Assembly: GCA_050084515.1 (NCBI GenBank) | Contig: CM114271.1 | Span: forward strand, 36,084,001 to 36,148,000 | Length of the DNA: 64,000 bases | From: Blasia pusilla | Taxonomy: Eukaryota | Reading direction: 5' to 3' | Shown: positions 37,124 through 50,068 of the stretch, piece by piece | Layout: every line of letters starts with the position of its first letter | Position numbering within the stretch: position 1 is the first letter of the stretch | Program-made: the position numbers and the translations under genes | Notes under the pieces: generated by a model | Database searches by the model: none | What the model was told of the DNA's origin: nothing | What the model saw: only the letters and a program-made list of their open reading frames with translations

Positions 37124-37543
37124 GGATGCAAAATGAGGTTTTAGATTGTACTTTTATTTTTTTTCTCAACCTTCACTTTGAGCTTGAACTCTATTCAGCC
37201 CCGGGCAAATGACAGATTTTTTCCAGACCTTGGATGGAAAAAGTGATTGGTTCCACACTTATGATTCCACTGATTTTTCGGTTTTCTAAATTTTGTGCAA
37301 TTTGCAACTCGTTGGACTCAGAGGGGTTGCCAAAATATGGAAGAGGAAAAAAAATTTGTGGGACTACTTAATATTTGAACAAAAAAGTGCAAAAAATTTC
37401 AAACAAAAATTTTCCTCTCTTCAACCCAACGGAAACTCTCTTCAAAAAAAAGTATCTATCTCGGTTGACCCTAATTTCCTCTCTCCTCTCTCTTCTCTTC
37501 TTCTCTCCTCTCTTCCTCTCTTCCTTTCCTCTTATCGCACCTC

Positions 37544-40050
37544 GAGGGTGGTGGATGACAATGGGACAAAAATGCAAGTGCTCCAAGAATTCTATAATTC
37601 TTTATGGGCAGAACACAGAGGTACTTGGGCAACTTTCACCAAGATAAAAGAGAGGTATTGGTGGAAAGGTCTATATAAGGATGTTGAGAGATATGTTGGG
37701 TCATGTGTTCAATGTCAGTTTCAATCAAAAATCATGGTGAGAGATGGACTTAAACCCACGTATCCGTTGTCTATTCATCATCAATGGATTATAGATCTAG
37801 TTGCTATCCCACTAGATCTTTGGGGAATATGCTACTTGCTCCTAGCACGAGAAGAATTGTCCAACTTTGTAGAAGGGAGGGCTTTACGAACTAAAATAAC
37901 AGAGCCTATATGTCATTCTATTCTAAAGGATATGGTTTCTTGATATGGGAGTATTGGGAGAATCCGTGTAGATAGAGGAGAGTTGAATGCGGAGGAAGCA
38001 GGAGAGTTCTTCAAGAGGTATGAAGTCTCGTTGAGATTAACAACCTCCATGAATCCGCAGGCAAACAGCAAGAGCAAAAGGGGACATTTGCTAATCATTT
38101 AAGCATTGGTGAAGGCGTGTGCAGAGAATTATGCTGCTTGGCCTAGATTTCTTTCATTTTCTTTATGGGAAGATGAACCACTCATAGCACCGTTACAGGG
38201 TTCATGTCTACAAAGTTGATGAGAGGTAAAAAGCCGATAATGCCAGCAGAAGGAGATATTCCTACTTGGATGGGTTTGCTCTGGGAAGACGGGCTCAATA
38301 GAGAAGAGCTCCTAGCACTTCGAATGCAGCAGCTAGAGCGGCGTAAAGAAGATTTTGCAGAAGCATTAGTCAAAATGAAGGAAGCAAGGTTGAAAAATAA
38401 GGAGCGCTTCGACAAAACTCATCGACTTTAGAAGGAGCCTATAAGAGAAGGAGATTGGGTCTTGGTGCACGACAACAGTCTCGACAACCAACATAATACA
38501 ATTAAGAAGTTTGCACGTCGTTGGTTTGGTTCATACGTTGTAGTCTTTGCTTTTGACAATGCCACTTACAAACTACGTGAACTAGAAGGTATAGTTCTCA
38601 AGCTACCCATTGTAGGAAAAATGATCAAGATTTTCCGTAGACGTGAGGGATTTCTTGATTTTGATTCAATGTGTCTAGAGGCACAAAATAAATAAGTATG
38701 AGTAAAATAGTAAGAAGTCTCGATATTTTCGGTACGTATAGGAGGATGTGTAGGTTTGGAGGGATGAATATCGTATGGTAAAATCATCTGCTATGTAAAC
38801 TCCTCTATCATTAAGTGTTAGAGAGAGTTTTATTAGTATTAAGTAAATTAGCCTAGGAAAATCAAATTCCCATTTTTAAACCTCTTTAGGATGACTCATT
38901 TACGCGGGCCCAACTTTAGGAAAAGAGATAATAAATAAAAGATGGGATTAGAAAAGTAAAGTAGTGGGGTTGGTGTTTTAATGAAACAAAAGAAAAAAAA
39001 ACTCTCGGTTGGTGGCTAGGGTAGATAGGGAAGTTTGGAAGATATGAAGGGAGTAAAAGAGGATATTTTGGAAGAGATAAGAGATAATCTACATGTATGA
39101 AAATATGATTGGCTAAGCCTTGAGAGGAAGCCATATGGCACAAGATAAGATTAGCCCTATTTCGTACTCTTGTAGATCCTTTGTGAGTCTATAAAGAGGA
39201 GGAACCTTCAAGGGTTCATCACCTTCTACGTCACATCTTGAGTTTCTCGTGTTATCCTTGAGTGTATGACTTTGGGATTGCTTGCTCTTCTAATAAGAGC
39301 GGTTTACCCCTCTTGGGAGAGTAACTTGACCTTGGTTTATTCTTCGAGAGATTTCTAGAGTGTGCTATGTGTGGAGATGAGAGACTTGTCACCTTAGATG
39401 AGTTCAGTCATACTAGAAATAGAGGATGGTTTGGTTTTTTATTTTTCCAATGAGAGTGGATTACCTCTCTTGGGAGAGCAAATCCGCCAAATCCCATTCT
39501 AGAAGAGAGTAGAGGATGTTTGTCTAGTATGGATAGAGGTGGAGCACGAGTTGTGCCGAATTTTCCTTTCCTTAACCCGTACCACGTTAAGATTCTCTTT
39601 GTAGATAGGCAGTGGTTCACTCACTACCTAGTTTATCACTTTGGGGATGCGTTCATGAACCAAGTCATGCAATCTCCAACTCCGGTGATTCTTCCTATAG
39701 TTACGTACGAAAGGACATGGGATTGCACTTTGTATGTCCTTGTATAGCTATCCATGGACGTCAATAGGCCTGTTCGAGTAGGGTTTAACACTAGTTGTGC
39801 TATTTTCCTTATGTACAAACATAGAGTAGTTTATAGGGACTTCATAGTTAGGAATTTATGGGTTTCATGATATGAAGAAGTGATTGCCTCGTTACTACCT
39901 TTCGTGATTCCTGTCGTGAGAGAATGGAGGGTTTAGATAATAATTCTCTATTGAAAAAGGAGAAATTCTTATAGAGTTGGACTTGCATTAACAACATCTG
40001 CTGCAGCTAGAAGGTCCGCCCTTACTCGAAGAAAGGCTCTTCACACGAAA
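37544..40050 (+). mobile_element. Gypsy element 3' part: integrase, PPT, 3' LTR
   Basis: LWAEHRGTWATFTKIKERYWW..SCVQCQ; IDLVA; VEGRALRTK; DRGEL; KFARRWFGSYVV; purine tract GGAGGGATGAA before LTR. Confidence 0.88.
38769..40050 (+). repeat. 3' LTR (~1282 bp) with mutated termini
   Basis: Colinear with the reverse complement of 17981-19256. Confidence 0.85.
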
Positions 40051-42346
40051 ACGTGATCTACTAAACGCACGTTTCCGCAACAACAAAGATTAACGGTCAA
40101 GGAGAGTAGGCGCACAACATCTAAAGTGGAAGGTGGATAAAACCTAGAATTGCAAGTACCAAGCCCATCTTGTTTACATATTTGGTGAATTCCTCCTCAA
40201 TCTCGATGAGGAATCACCTCCCTTTAGCAAGTTGCTATCTATATATTCCCCAAAGATATCCTAAACGTGGAATGGATATCGTAGAATCTTTCCACTATCA
40301 TGGAACTTGGATCTCTAACTTCATGATCTAGCTAGAGATCCAAGTTCCATGAATAGAAGAGATGTAACTTTTTCTATAATGGAACTTGGATCACTAGAGA
40401 TCCAAGTTTCTTCCATTCATCAATGAAGTTTCCTAAATATATGCACTTGATTTGGCTCGTCATGTCCACATCGGATTGATCAACAAATTGCATCTATTTT
40501 GAGCTTAGAAATACCTCAAAATAAGATCCAAAGGTAGTCTAAAATGGAAAATGCTATGTGGATGGTTCATGTGCATGATGGATGAGAGGGTGTTCGGATG
40601 TTGAGCTGGTTTGGTTCAATCCTATTCTCGGGTTGGAGAAAAGAGATTGCCATACTGCAGGTTCAACTCTACTTATATTAGCAGGTAAAGGCAATGTTTC
40701 TCTGGGCACATGTATGATGACTAGAGCTCGGTCGCTTGGGGTGGATATATAGTCAAGAACTTTGAAGGATAATCTTTTCTACAAGAAACGAATATGCTTC
40801 TTGGGATATGGATCATGACTCCTCTAACTAGATTTTGGTGACGTCAAATATTCCTTGCGCTTTCTTGATCGAGGGAATTCATTCAGCACCCTTGGTGTGG
40901 TAGCTTGAGTGACTGATCTAGGTCTCAAAGACAACACATTCTAATCCACGTTCATCCCCTGTGTCACGTCTTTTAGATAGATCCGTGAGATCTTGTAGAG
41001 TTCCTTTGCAAGTAGTGGGGGACAAACTCAGGAGGTCGAGGATGACCTGTTGAGGCCCTAGGAAACCTGAGAGAGCAGGTTTTCCCTTCGTTTTGGCTCA
41101 TTTGGAGCCATATTGAGAAACTTACTATTTTAGGTAAGTATCCTTTTGAATATATGGTCTATTTTCTATTTTTGAAAGTAGCCGTTGACCCCCTACATCA
41201 GGTCAAGAGCCAAGGAGGTGACTTGGGAGCATAGGTTACTATGGAGAGAACTTGGGAGAGGAGAAGGGTATACCTCAAGGAGAGAGATCTTGAGAGCTCA
41301 TTCTCTCTTTGTTGAACCTCTTGACATGAGGAGGTGGAGCTATGGTCCTCCTTGCCTTGTGTGTGTAGCCCAAGTCTCTCATTAGGAGAGTGGGTTTGGT
41401 TGGACATGAGAGAGAGTGCACACCATGGAGAGCTTGGTGTGAGATGTGATGTGAGATCTACTTGTTTTTACAATGAGAGAATGAGGATTTGAGAGCTACA
41501 ATGGAGGAGCTTGCTAGTATTCGTAGTTTGTTGCAGGTTGGGGGACTGTGTAGTCGGCTTCATGGCTCACGAGAGTGCTCATGGGAGCAAGAGCCATTTG
41601 TTTCATGTTATTTCTTGCTGATTTTTTGTTCAAGAGAGTGGCACGCGAAAATGCTGCCCAAATTTTGGTAGAGATTGAGTATGGGGGCGGGTTGCTCCAT
41701 GCCAATGCTCTCCAGAGCACCATGTAGCTCTTTGATTGTTTTTAGAGGTTTTCAATTTTCTTTGGAAGAAATCAGCACGGAAGTGTTGCCAAAATTTATG
41801 TAGGAGAAGAGACGTTGGGACTTACGACAGTCTTTGTCAGTTTTTATTCGAAGGTCCGATTCAAAAAACTTTTTAACCCCATTCTAGATTGCAAAGCTGT
41901 GCAGGGTGTACAATAGACAGTGCGTGATTTGGAGCTGCAAGCAAAAAGTTATGGTCAATCTTGCAAAATTGTCATTGTTAGGCAATTTTTACGGTAAAAT
42001 TGTTCAAACCCTAAACCAGCCTCCGCGTTGGCAGCGGCCGTTTCCGTTAAAGTCATCGTCAATGGTCAACTGTCACCGTGAATGGTCCACTAATGCTGTA
42101 ATTGGTCCACCGTCATCATCAACAGTCCATCGTCCACCGTCCACCGTCCACCGTCAGTTGCCACCGCCGCTAGCTCGCTTTCGAGCGCGTTCGGTCGTTG
42201 TCCGCCATTACCGCCATTACGGAGTGGAAAATCTTCCACAATGACCATTGATTCTTTGACTTGCGCCGCTACCAAGTACTTTATTGTGGCCGCCACTATC
42301 ATTGCAGTTTCGTCATCAAGTAGTGATGGAAAGTGACCTCGGGTTA

Positions 42347-45300
42347 TGATGTTTGAGATTTCATTTCATTTTGCTATGTTGTGATTGGTAGCCGCTCGAC
42401 GATGATCGAGTACCGTGCGGTGACTGTGGAAAAGTGCGAAACAAGAATAATTGGTGGAAAACGGCTTTCACACACACACACACACCACCATGGAGAACGA
42501 AATTTGCAATGAGAGAATAAGTGGAGGCTGGTCCTCTTCTCAATTATATAAGGTATGTACAAGCAACCCTAATCCTACCCTTAACCATAGTCTTGAGTTA
42601 GCCTAACTGTGATTGACTAACTCTAGTTAAGATAATCGTGCTTAACTGACTAACTAAGATTAAACTTCCCTACTTCATGTGAGTGCCAAATGTAGCAGTT
42701 CAGGTGTCTCATGAGCTTGACTGTAACTCAATCTTCAATACTCCCCCTCAAGCTCATATCGATATCTCTAACGCCTAAATTCTTTCTAAACATCTCAAAC
42801 TTATCTCTAGACAATGCCTTTGTAAAGATGTCAGCAATTTGCTGCTCTGTACCTATATACACAAGATCAATTTCTCCTGCAAGCACTTTCTCTTTGATAA
42901 AATGATAGTGCACCTCAACATGCTTTGTACGAGCAGGAAACACAGGGTTATTAGCAAGCTTGATGCTACTAATATTGTTTGCATATATTACACTAGGTCC
43001 TAAGTTACTAGCATCAATCTCAACAAGTAATCGATGAAGCCACACCGCCTCACATGCTGCGTTGGTTGCTCTCTGTTGAAGATAAAGCAAGCAGAGGTTG
43101 CTTCTTTGAAACGTAACTTATAGGTGCGCTTCCCAAAATAAATGAATAACCAGATGTGGAGTGTTGATCGACACGCTTCCCTTGCCAATCAAGATCTCGT
43201 GAATCCTGTAATTGAAAACTCGGAGAAGGTTCAAATTGAAGCTCGAATTGAATAGAGAATTTCACATACCGCATAATCCTCCTTACAACATCAAGGTGAG
43301 GTTTTCGAGGTGCTTGCATAAACAACCTCACTAGGCCAACAGCAAAGCTCAAATCTGGTCTAGTTATAGTTAGATAGATCAAACTTCCAACCATACGCCT
43401 ATATATATTGGAATCTGCAAGCAACTCTTCTTCATCTACTCTTTGCTTCACGCTATGGTCCAACGGTGTAGAGATTGGCTTACAAGGCGTCATACCATAT
43501 TTTGAAAGCATATGAAGAGCATATTGTCGCTGTAGTAACCACATGCTCTCTCCAACCTTGATAAACTCAATACCAAGGAAGTACTTGAGTTCTCCCAAGT
43601 CCTTCATATAAAATTCTGCTTGTAATTTAAGCTTGACTTCTTGTACCATTTCTTCAGTAGTCCCAGTAATCAAGAGATCGTCAACATACAACACAATGAG
43701 AACTGTATGATCTTGTCCTCTCAAGACATATAATGAGGAGTCATAATCACATATCCTAAGACCCAACTCTTGTAGGATGAATGTAATCTTCTATAACAAG
43801 CTCTTGGAGCTTTTTTGAGCCTGTATAGAGCTTTCTTCAACCTGCATACGCAAAATGGAAACTTGGGATGCTCGTATCCAGGTGGTTGAGTCATATATAA
43901 CTCCTCGTATAGATCTCCATTCAAGAAGGCATTCTTGACGTCCATATGATGTAATCTCCACTTCTTACTTACTGCAACTGCAACCACTATTCTCGTAGTC
44001 GCCATCTTTACAACAAGGTCAAATATTTCCTCATAATCAATACCATATTGTTGTGCATAGCCCTTAGCCACCAATCTCATTTTGTCATCAGAATTGTATC
44101 ATCTTGATTGCGCTTGATTTTATAAACCCATGGCAACCAATAGCTTCCTTAGGAAGGTATATCAACCAACTCCCATGTTTTTGATGTCTTAATGCAAAGA
44201 AGATCTTCCTCCATAGCTTCAATCCATTCAGCTTTACTCGTAGCTTCTTCAAAATAACTCAGCTCCTGCTCTTGAAGGGTAGTCATCATATATACATGAT
44301 GTGTTGCAAGGAAACCTTCATTTATGAATCTATGAACTGGATGTGTAACTCTACTTGATCTACAAAGTTGTTGTTCCGAGGTAGATGCCTCTGACACCTG
44401 AATCGAGCTTTGACTAGTGTCAACAGACTGAATATGTACTCTTCCCATCCATGGACTCATAGATTTAACTGATGAATCTAGGACCTCTCCTAATCCTGCA
44501 CTAGTATTTGGGGAAGTTGAAGACAATGTCTATTGGTTTACAATCATATTCTCCCCCTCAACAGACAAGTTTAGAGGTGGGATAGGCTCAGATGGAGCAT
44601 ACCATAACTTTAGCTCATCAAAGACAATATCCCGACTAACAATAAGCTGCCTAGAGGATGGAATGTAGCACTTATATCCGTTAGTTTTATCAGCATAGCT
44701 AATGAAGATACATCTTTCAGACTTGGGGTCTAATTTCTGACGTCTCTCAGAAAGAACATGAGCATAATAGATAGAGCCAAATACTTTCAAGAAGGAAAAA
44801 TCAGGTTTACTTCCTCTGAAGACTTCGAATGGAGTTTTATCACGAACTCCTGCTATTGGCGTTCGGTTGATTAAGAAGACTGCACATGCTACAGTTCTCT
44901 ACCCAATACACCTTGGGCATGTTCTTCTCATTCAGCCTAGCTCGTGCCGCTTCAGCAATATGTCGATTTTCCTCTAAGCCACTCCATTTTGTTGTGGAAT
45001 GTAACGGCAAGTCACTTGAAGTTGGATGCCATACTGACGTAAATAGTCATCAAAATCTGCTGAAAGATACTCTCCTCCTCCATCACAACGCATTTTCAGA
45101 ATGTGTTGTCCAATCTGCTTCTCTACTATAACTCTGAATATTTTGAACATTGAGAATACCTCTGACTTGGCTTTCAAAAAGTATACCCATATATACCTAG
45201 AGAAGTCATCAATAAATAAAACAAAGTACTGGCAACCACTAAGGCTATCTTGTGATGCTGCCCAGACATCACTGTGGATCAACTCCAATATCTTGCATGC

Positions 45301-47188
45301 TCTACCTTGCTTTGGAAAAGGAAATCTAGCTTGTTTTCCAAATTGGCAAGCATGATATACCTCTAACGTAGCAGGACTCGCTAATTTAGGGATTTCTATT
45401 ACTATATTAGATGATGAAAGACTCTGTAATCTTTGAAGATTCATAGGTCCAATTCTTTTATGCCAAACATTTAGATGTGTGACTTGTTGGCCGGTTTGAC
45501 CATACATTGATGTTTGAATCTCTGGCATAGAAACATCTAATTTGAACATTCTGCCAGATCTAGTTCCTTTGGCTATCGTAGTCTGGTCATCCATTATTTC
45601 CATGAAATAACCATCTGCGTTAAACTTCACTTGATAACCCTGTTCTACTATCTGTCCTACAGTGATCAGATTTCTTGCAATGGTAGGAACATACAGAATA
45701 TTTCCAAGAGCACAAAGACCATCAGATGTTATTGGAACTTTACCGGTATGCGTGATATAATGTTGAGTGTCATCTCCCGTAAGCACAATTGCAGGATCTT
45801 TCACCGGCTCCAAACTACTAAACCATTTCGCTTGTGAGATCATATGATTTGATGCACAGGAGTCAATGTACCAATCTGCTGTCAAGTCTTTCTTGACCAT
45901 TGCTTCCATATGATGAGTCATGACCAAGAGATGCTCCGTTTGTGAATGTTGTTGTTCTTCGTACTGCTCTTGGTGTTGTTGCTCCACATAGTTTTGTTGC
46001 TGTAAGGCTCCTGTCCTCATATCTACCTTCTTCTTGAAGCAAAACTTTGCATAGTGACCCTTTATCCCATAGTAATTGCAAGATCCAGGGACCCTCTGCT
46101 GTTGACCTCGACCCCAACAGTTTCCACCATCACCACCATGTGATTGTGTCTGGTACTAGTTCCTAGTTGATTGAGTGACGATATATTGAATGTCTCTTCC
46201 TCCATATACTTGATATCCACCACGACCACGGAAGTTTGTGCCACAACCCCTACCTTTGTTTGATCCATAACCTGCGAATAGCGCACTCTCTTGCAGACTA
46301 GACGAGCTATCGCTACCTACTAGGTACATCTCTTCACTGATCAACAGAGGAACTAACTCTTGAAAGGTTGGATACTTCTCTCTCATAGAGATAGAGGTCT
46401 CAAAGGACTTGTAATCCTTTGGAAGGCCTTGAAGAGTGAATAAGATCAGATCATCATCTTCTACTGTCACTCCACTGCTATTCAATTGATCAATAATATG
46501 TCTGATACTCAAAATATAATCATTGATGCTCTGCAATCATTTCCTCACTTTGTTCAATTTTTTTTTCAATTAAAGCTTTCTGGCCTTTATAGATGTCTGG
46601 AACAGCTTTTCCAATGCATCCCAATTCTCCATCGGACTATCAACATCTTGGATGTGACCTATCATTGGCGAACTGATCGTTATTGAAATTTAGTGGATTA
46701 CTTGCCTTGCTTGTTTGTTCCAAGCGCGAACATTCAAGTATGTTGATTCATCTTTTGGCTTGGTCTCATCACCTGTGACAAGCTCCCATAGATCTTGACC
46801 CATGAGTAATTGTTTCATTTGAAACTTCCAGACATTGTAATTCTGCTTGTCTAGCTTCTTGCATGTGATTGTTGCTGAGGAATACTCCATGATAAACGAT
46901 TTCACTCACTAAAAATGTAATTTCAAGCTTTCTACTCCTCCAATTGAAGCATAGACCACTTCTTCACAGAAATTGACCTGAAATTTTCCAAAATTGATCA
47001 ATTGTTTAAAGAACTAGTCAAAATTGGCCTATAGAGAGCAAACTTCACAACCTTTCTTCACTAATTGCACTTTCCTACACTGAAATTGCTGCTATAGGAG
47101 CTCAAAGTGTCAGAATCGAGCAATTTTGGATGTGTCGGAAAGCTCTCGACGAGCTCCACACAACTTGTAGAGCTCTACACAAGCTCTA
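42347..47188 (-). mobile_element. Ty1/Copia retrotransposon lacking 5' LTR and PBS
   Basis: gag-PR-IN-RT-RH order; PPT TGAGGGGGAG; probable 3' LTR 42347-42737 (TGA..TCA, outer boundary inferred). Confidence 0.93.
42728..46905 (-). pseudogene. Copia gag-pol, frameshifted
   Basis: KLDKQNYNVWKFQM; WYIDSCASNHM; LELIHSDVW, FIDDFSRY, DGGGEY; RLVAKGY; YVDDLLITG; NPVFPARTKHVEVHYHF. Confidence 0.95.
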
Positions 47189-47189
47189 A

Positions 47190-50068
47190 GTGGTGATGTA
47201 ACCGAGTTTGGCAGCGGAAAGGTAACGTCAATTGCTACGAGGAAGAGCACATGAAATTGCGAAATGAAAAACAGAACTGATCAAAACCTCAGCCTTTTAT
47301 ACTTTTCAAGCCATTGAGCTAACCGATGGGTCATACCGATGGCAACGTATAGGCCATTATGGATCTTTGCACATGTGAACCCAAACAATCCGTCGGTCTC
47401 CAATGGGTTGCACGCTTCCCTCATCTTGGAGATATAGGGCGAGTTACCGAGGCAAAGTGTCCCTCGTCCTTGGGTAACAAGGCGAGGTATCCAAGCAACC
47501 CGTCAGAGACCAACGGGTTGCACGTTTCCCCGGTCTTGGGGTAACAACTCGAATGCAGCGTGCAACCCGTCGGTCTCCGACGGGTTGCACGCTTTCCCCG
47601 TCTTGGGATAGCAAGGCGAGATACCCGTGCAACTTGTCGAAGATCGACGGGTTGCATGCTTCTCCCATCTTGGAGTAACAAGGCGAGGTACCCACGCAAC
47701 CCATCGGAGACCGATAGGTTGCACGCTTCCCGCATATTGGGGTAAGAGGTGAGGTACCTGGGCAACCCCTCGGAGACCGACGCGTTGCACGCTTTCCTCG
47801 TCCTTGGGTAACAATGCGACAAAGCATGGTCCTGAGGCAAACGGTTGCCTTACAACGGGTTACAAGCTCTACCCTGGGTTGGACACTTCCCACCATCCGG
47901 CAAATCTGCACTTTTGGTTTGCATGGTTCATTGGACAAGAGAAATCGACGCGAGATCCAAAAGGGAAAGCGAGGTTAGGTGCTTTTGCAACCCGTCGCAG
48001 TCCCCAACAAGTTTCCGTAGCAAATCCATGCGATGTCTTGTGTCTCGATGTTAGCAAATCCCGACTCGAATCACATAGGTCTGACAATCAAGGGGTACCA
48101 ACCGAACGGACTCCAACGGGTTGCAAGTTGCACTCGGACTCTTACAGAAGATGGTAATCCGTGGCTTTGCAACCCACGTGTCTGAGTCCCAAAATTTGCA
48201 ACCCGTCGGGCTCTGACAGGTTGCAATAGGATTGAATCCATTTTGTCACACAATCTCACCTACCAAACAACATCTTGTCAGTTGAAGTTTGTGAGGGGAA
48301 TAACGGTCACTATTTACTATAAATTAAACATTCACATTCTCATTCTCCACCCAGTGGAATTATTTTGGAATGGATAATTTTGTGAAACTCACGTGTGGCA
48401 GTCATCTAGCGGCCCTTCTTCAATCACAAATAGTTTGACCGCAAGCTTGTGAATCTTACATACCAGTGGATGAAAATTTCCTTTCAGTGCGATTTCTTCT
48501 CCAAATTGGAACAATCTTTGTTTCCAAGGATGTTAGGATGGACGGTACGGAGGACGTTGTAGGTGAGACAATCCAGCCAGTGATAGCAGACCGTAAAGTA
48601 TGGAATCTCCTACCTCTAGAAAATGGTCAATACAGAGTTTATGGCTTGTCTCTGAATTCCTCTGTTTCCCAAGTAGACGGTCTGGAATTTCCTACTACAC
48701 CGAGCTCTACGTTTTCCATTCCAAGCTCAGTAGATTCGGCATTGACTCCAACTCCACACGTTCGTAACAATGTTGTACTTCCTGAAGATATTTTGGATGT
48801 CGTCAATCTCAGTGGAACTGTCGGACACCAACCGGATCCTCTGTCTGCCTACTCTTTCCTCTTGCGAGTATCAAGGAATAGTTTTTTGTTGTATCTGCCC
48901 TTTAAAATGTTCAAGCACATTCTTGTCGACGAGCTGCCGCCCACGTACGATGGTAATTGCATTTTTGAGTTGCCTCCACTTGCAGGTCCTGCTCAAAAGA
49001 AAGATGGAGGACGCTTGAAGGGTATGGACAGAAAGTCTGATTGTCATTGATGGTACAGGCTTCAACAGACTAGTGCTTCAATTCCGGATAGTCCTTGGAT
49101 TGTTTCTCGCTGCCAATGCGTTGGATCCCTGGAGTGTAGAAGTCCAGCTTGTCAGTATCTAGAGCGCAATGGGCGAGTCAATACGTCACAATTCCCCCCT
49201 AAAGAATGCAGAAAATCCATATGAGGTCGGTGCGACGATACCGCAGGGAGGCCATCGATGTCCTCATTGTCAATCATCCCCTTTCTACGTTGGAGCGTGT
49301 CCTACATACATTTTTTTCATTGTGCAGGACTTCAGTTCTACGTCCGAGTACACAAGGCTGGCAGTTCATGTTGCCTCCCACATTCATCTTGTTACCGGTG
49401 CAATTCAGAGACACATCAAGGAGGATGTGGCAAAGAAAGTGGCCGATGTATAGAGAAACTCTCCGGGATCAAAGCCAGGAGTGATCAAGTTAACAACAAC
49501 ATCAAAAATTTGTGAACAATTGCTTGGAATCCCTGAGCAGGGCGAGATCACGGTTGTTGAGGAGAAACAACTCTGGGAAAATCTCGCATTTCTCGCTGAT
49601 CTTGAATGCTTATGAATTTTTTTGCGTCAAATATGGGTATTGGATGGAAAGACTGCCAAAATGGATGCCATTGCCAGAATCAAGGCCAACTCTAAATTTC
49701 CATTTATTCAGAGACGACAGTTCATGGGCTAGGGAGGCGAAGGATCCAGGGCTTATGTCTTCAAAATGTCAACGACAGGGCCGTCGAGTGGCCTCGATCT
49801 TATAGATCGAATGAGGTAAGGGGAAGATCTTACGGCAGTTGGATAAGCTTTGATATTTGCTACAGAGTGTTGAATGGATGGTTGACCATGAGTGCTCACG
49901 TTTATGACCATGTGGAGAAGGGACTCAAAACTATATTTTTCTGTGAGGTAAAAGCATAAGACATTGGTAGTTTGAAGATGTGTTGGTTACTCCTATTGGA
50001 GGTGGTGAAGGAAAAGAAAAGGCCACCTCCAAAAATTTATGGATTCATGGCGGACAATGCACAACCTC
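47190..50068 (+). mobile_element. Mutator-like copy 3 (diverged): promoter array and 5' transposase, cut by CACTA copy 2
   Basis: Homologous to ~32190-34885; ATG at 48370; sequence breaks just after GFMADNAQP at the CACTA TIR. Confidence 0.85.
47385..47830. repeat. 67-bp tandem repeat, each unit carrying the palindrome
   Basis: GCAAC starts at 47495, 47562, 47629, 47696, 47762; perfect 14+3+14 palindrome at 47560-47590. Confidence 0.92.

Larger units (their letters stand above)
25406..37543 (+). mobile_element. Near-complete ~12-kb Mutator-like DNA transposon copy 2 with two divergent genes
   Basis: Transposase on +, second gene on -; GA-rich left end mirrors CT-rich right end; right end coincides with that of copy 1; left boundary approximate and no TSD found. 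Confidence 0.78.

Noticed and set aside
17981-40050. LTRs at 17981-19256 and 38769-40050 as the two ends of one element
   Set aside because: They are in opposite orientation and clearly diverged, and each has its own internal fragment
42006-42017. Plant telomere-like AAACCCTAAACC
   Set aside because: Fewer than two units; not a telomeric array
47385-47830. CRISPR-like array (27-bp palindromic repeats with ~40-bp spacers); also 32330-33050
   Set aside because: Spacers resemble one another, repeats are degenerate, there are no cas genes and the context is a eukaryotic TE; it is a tandem repeat
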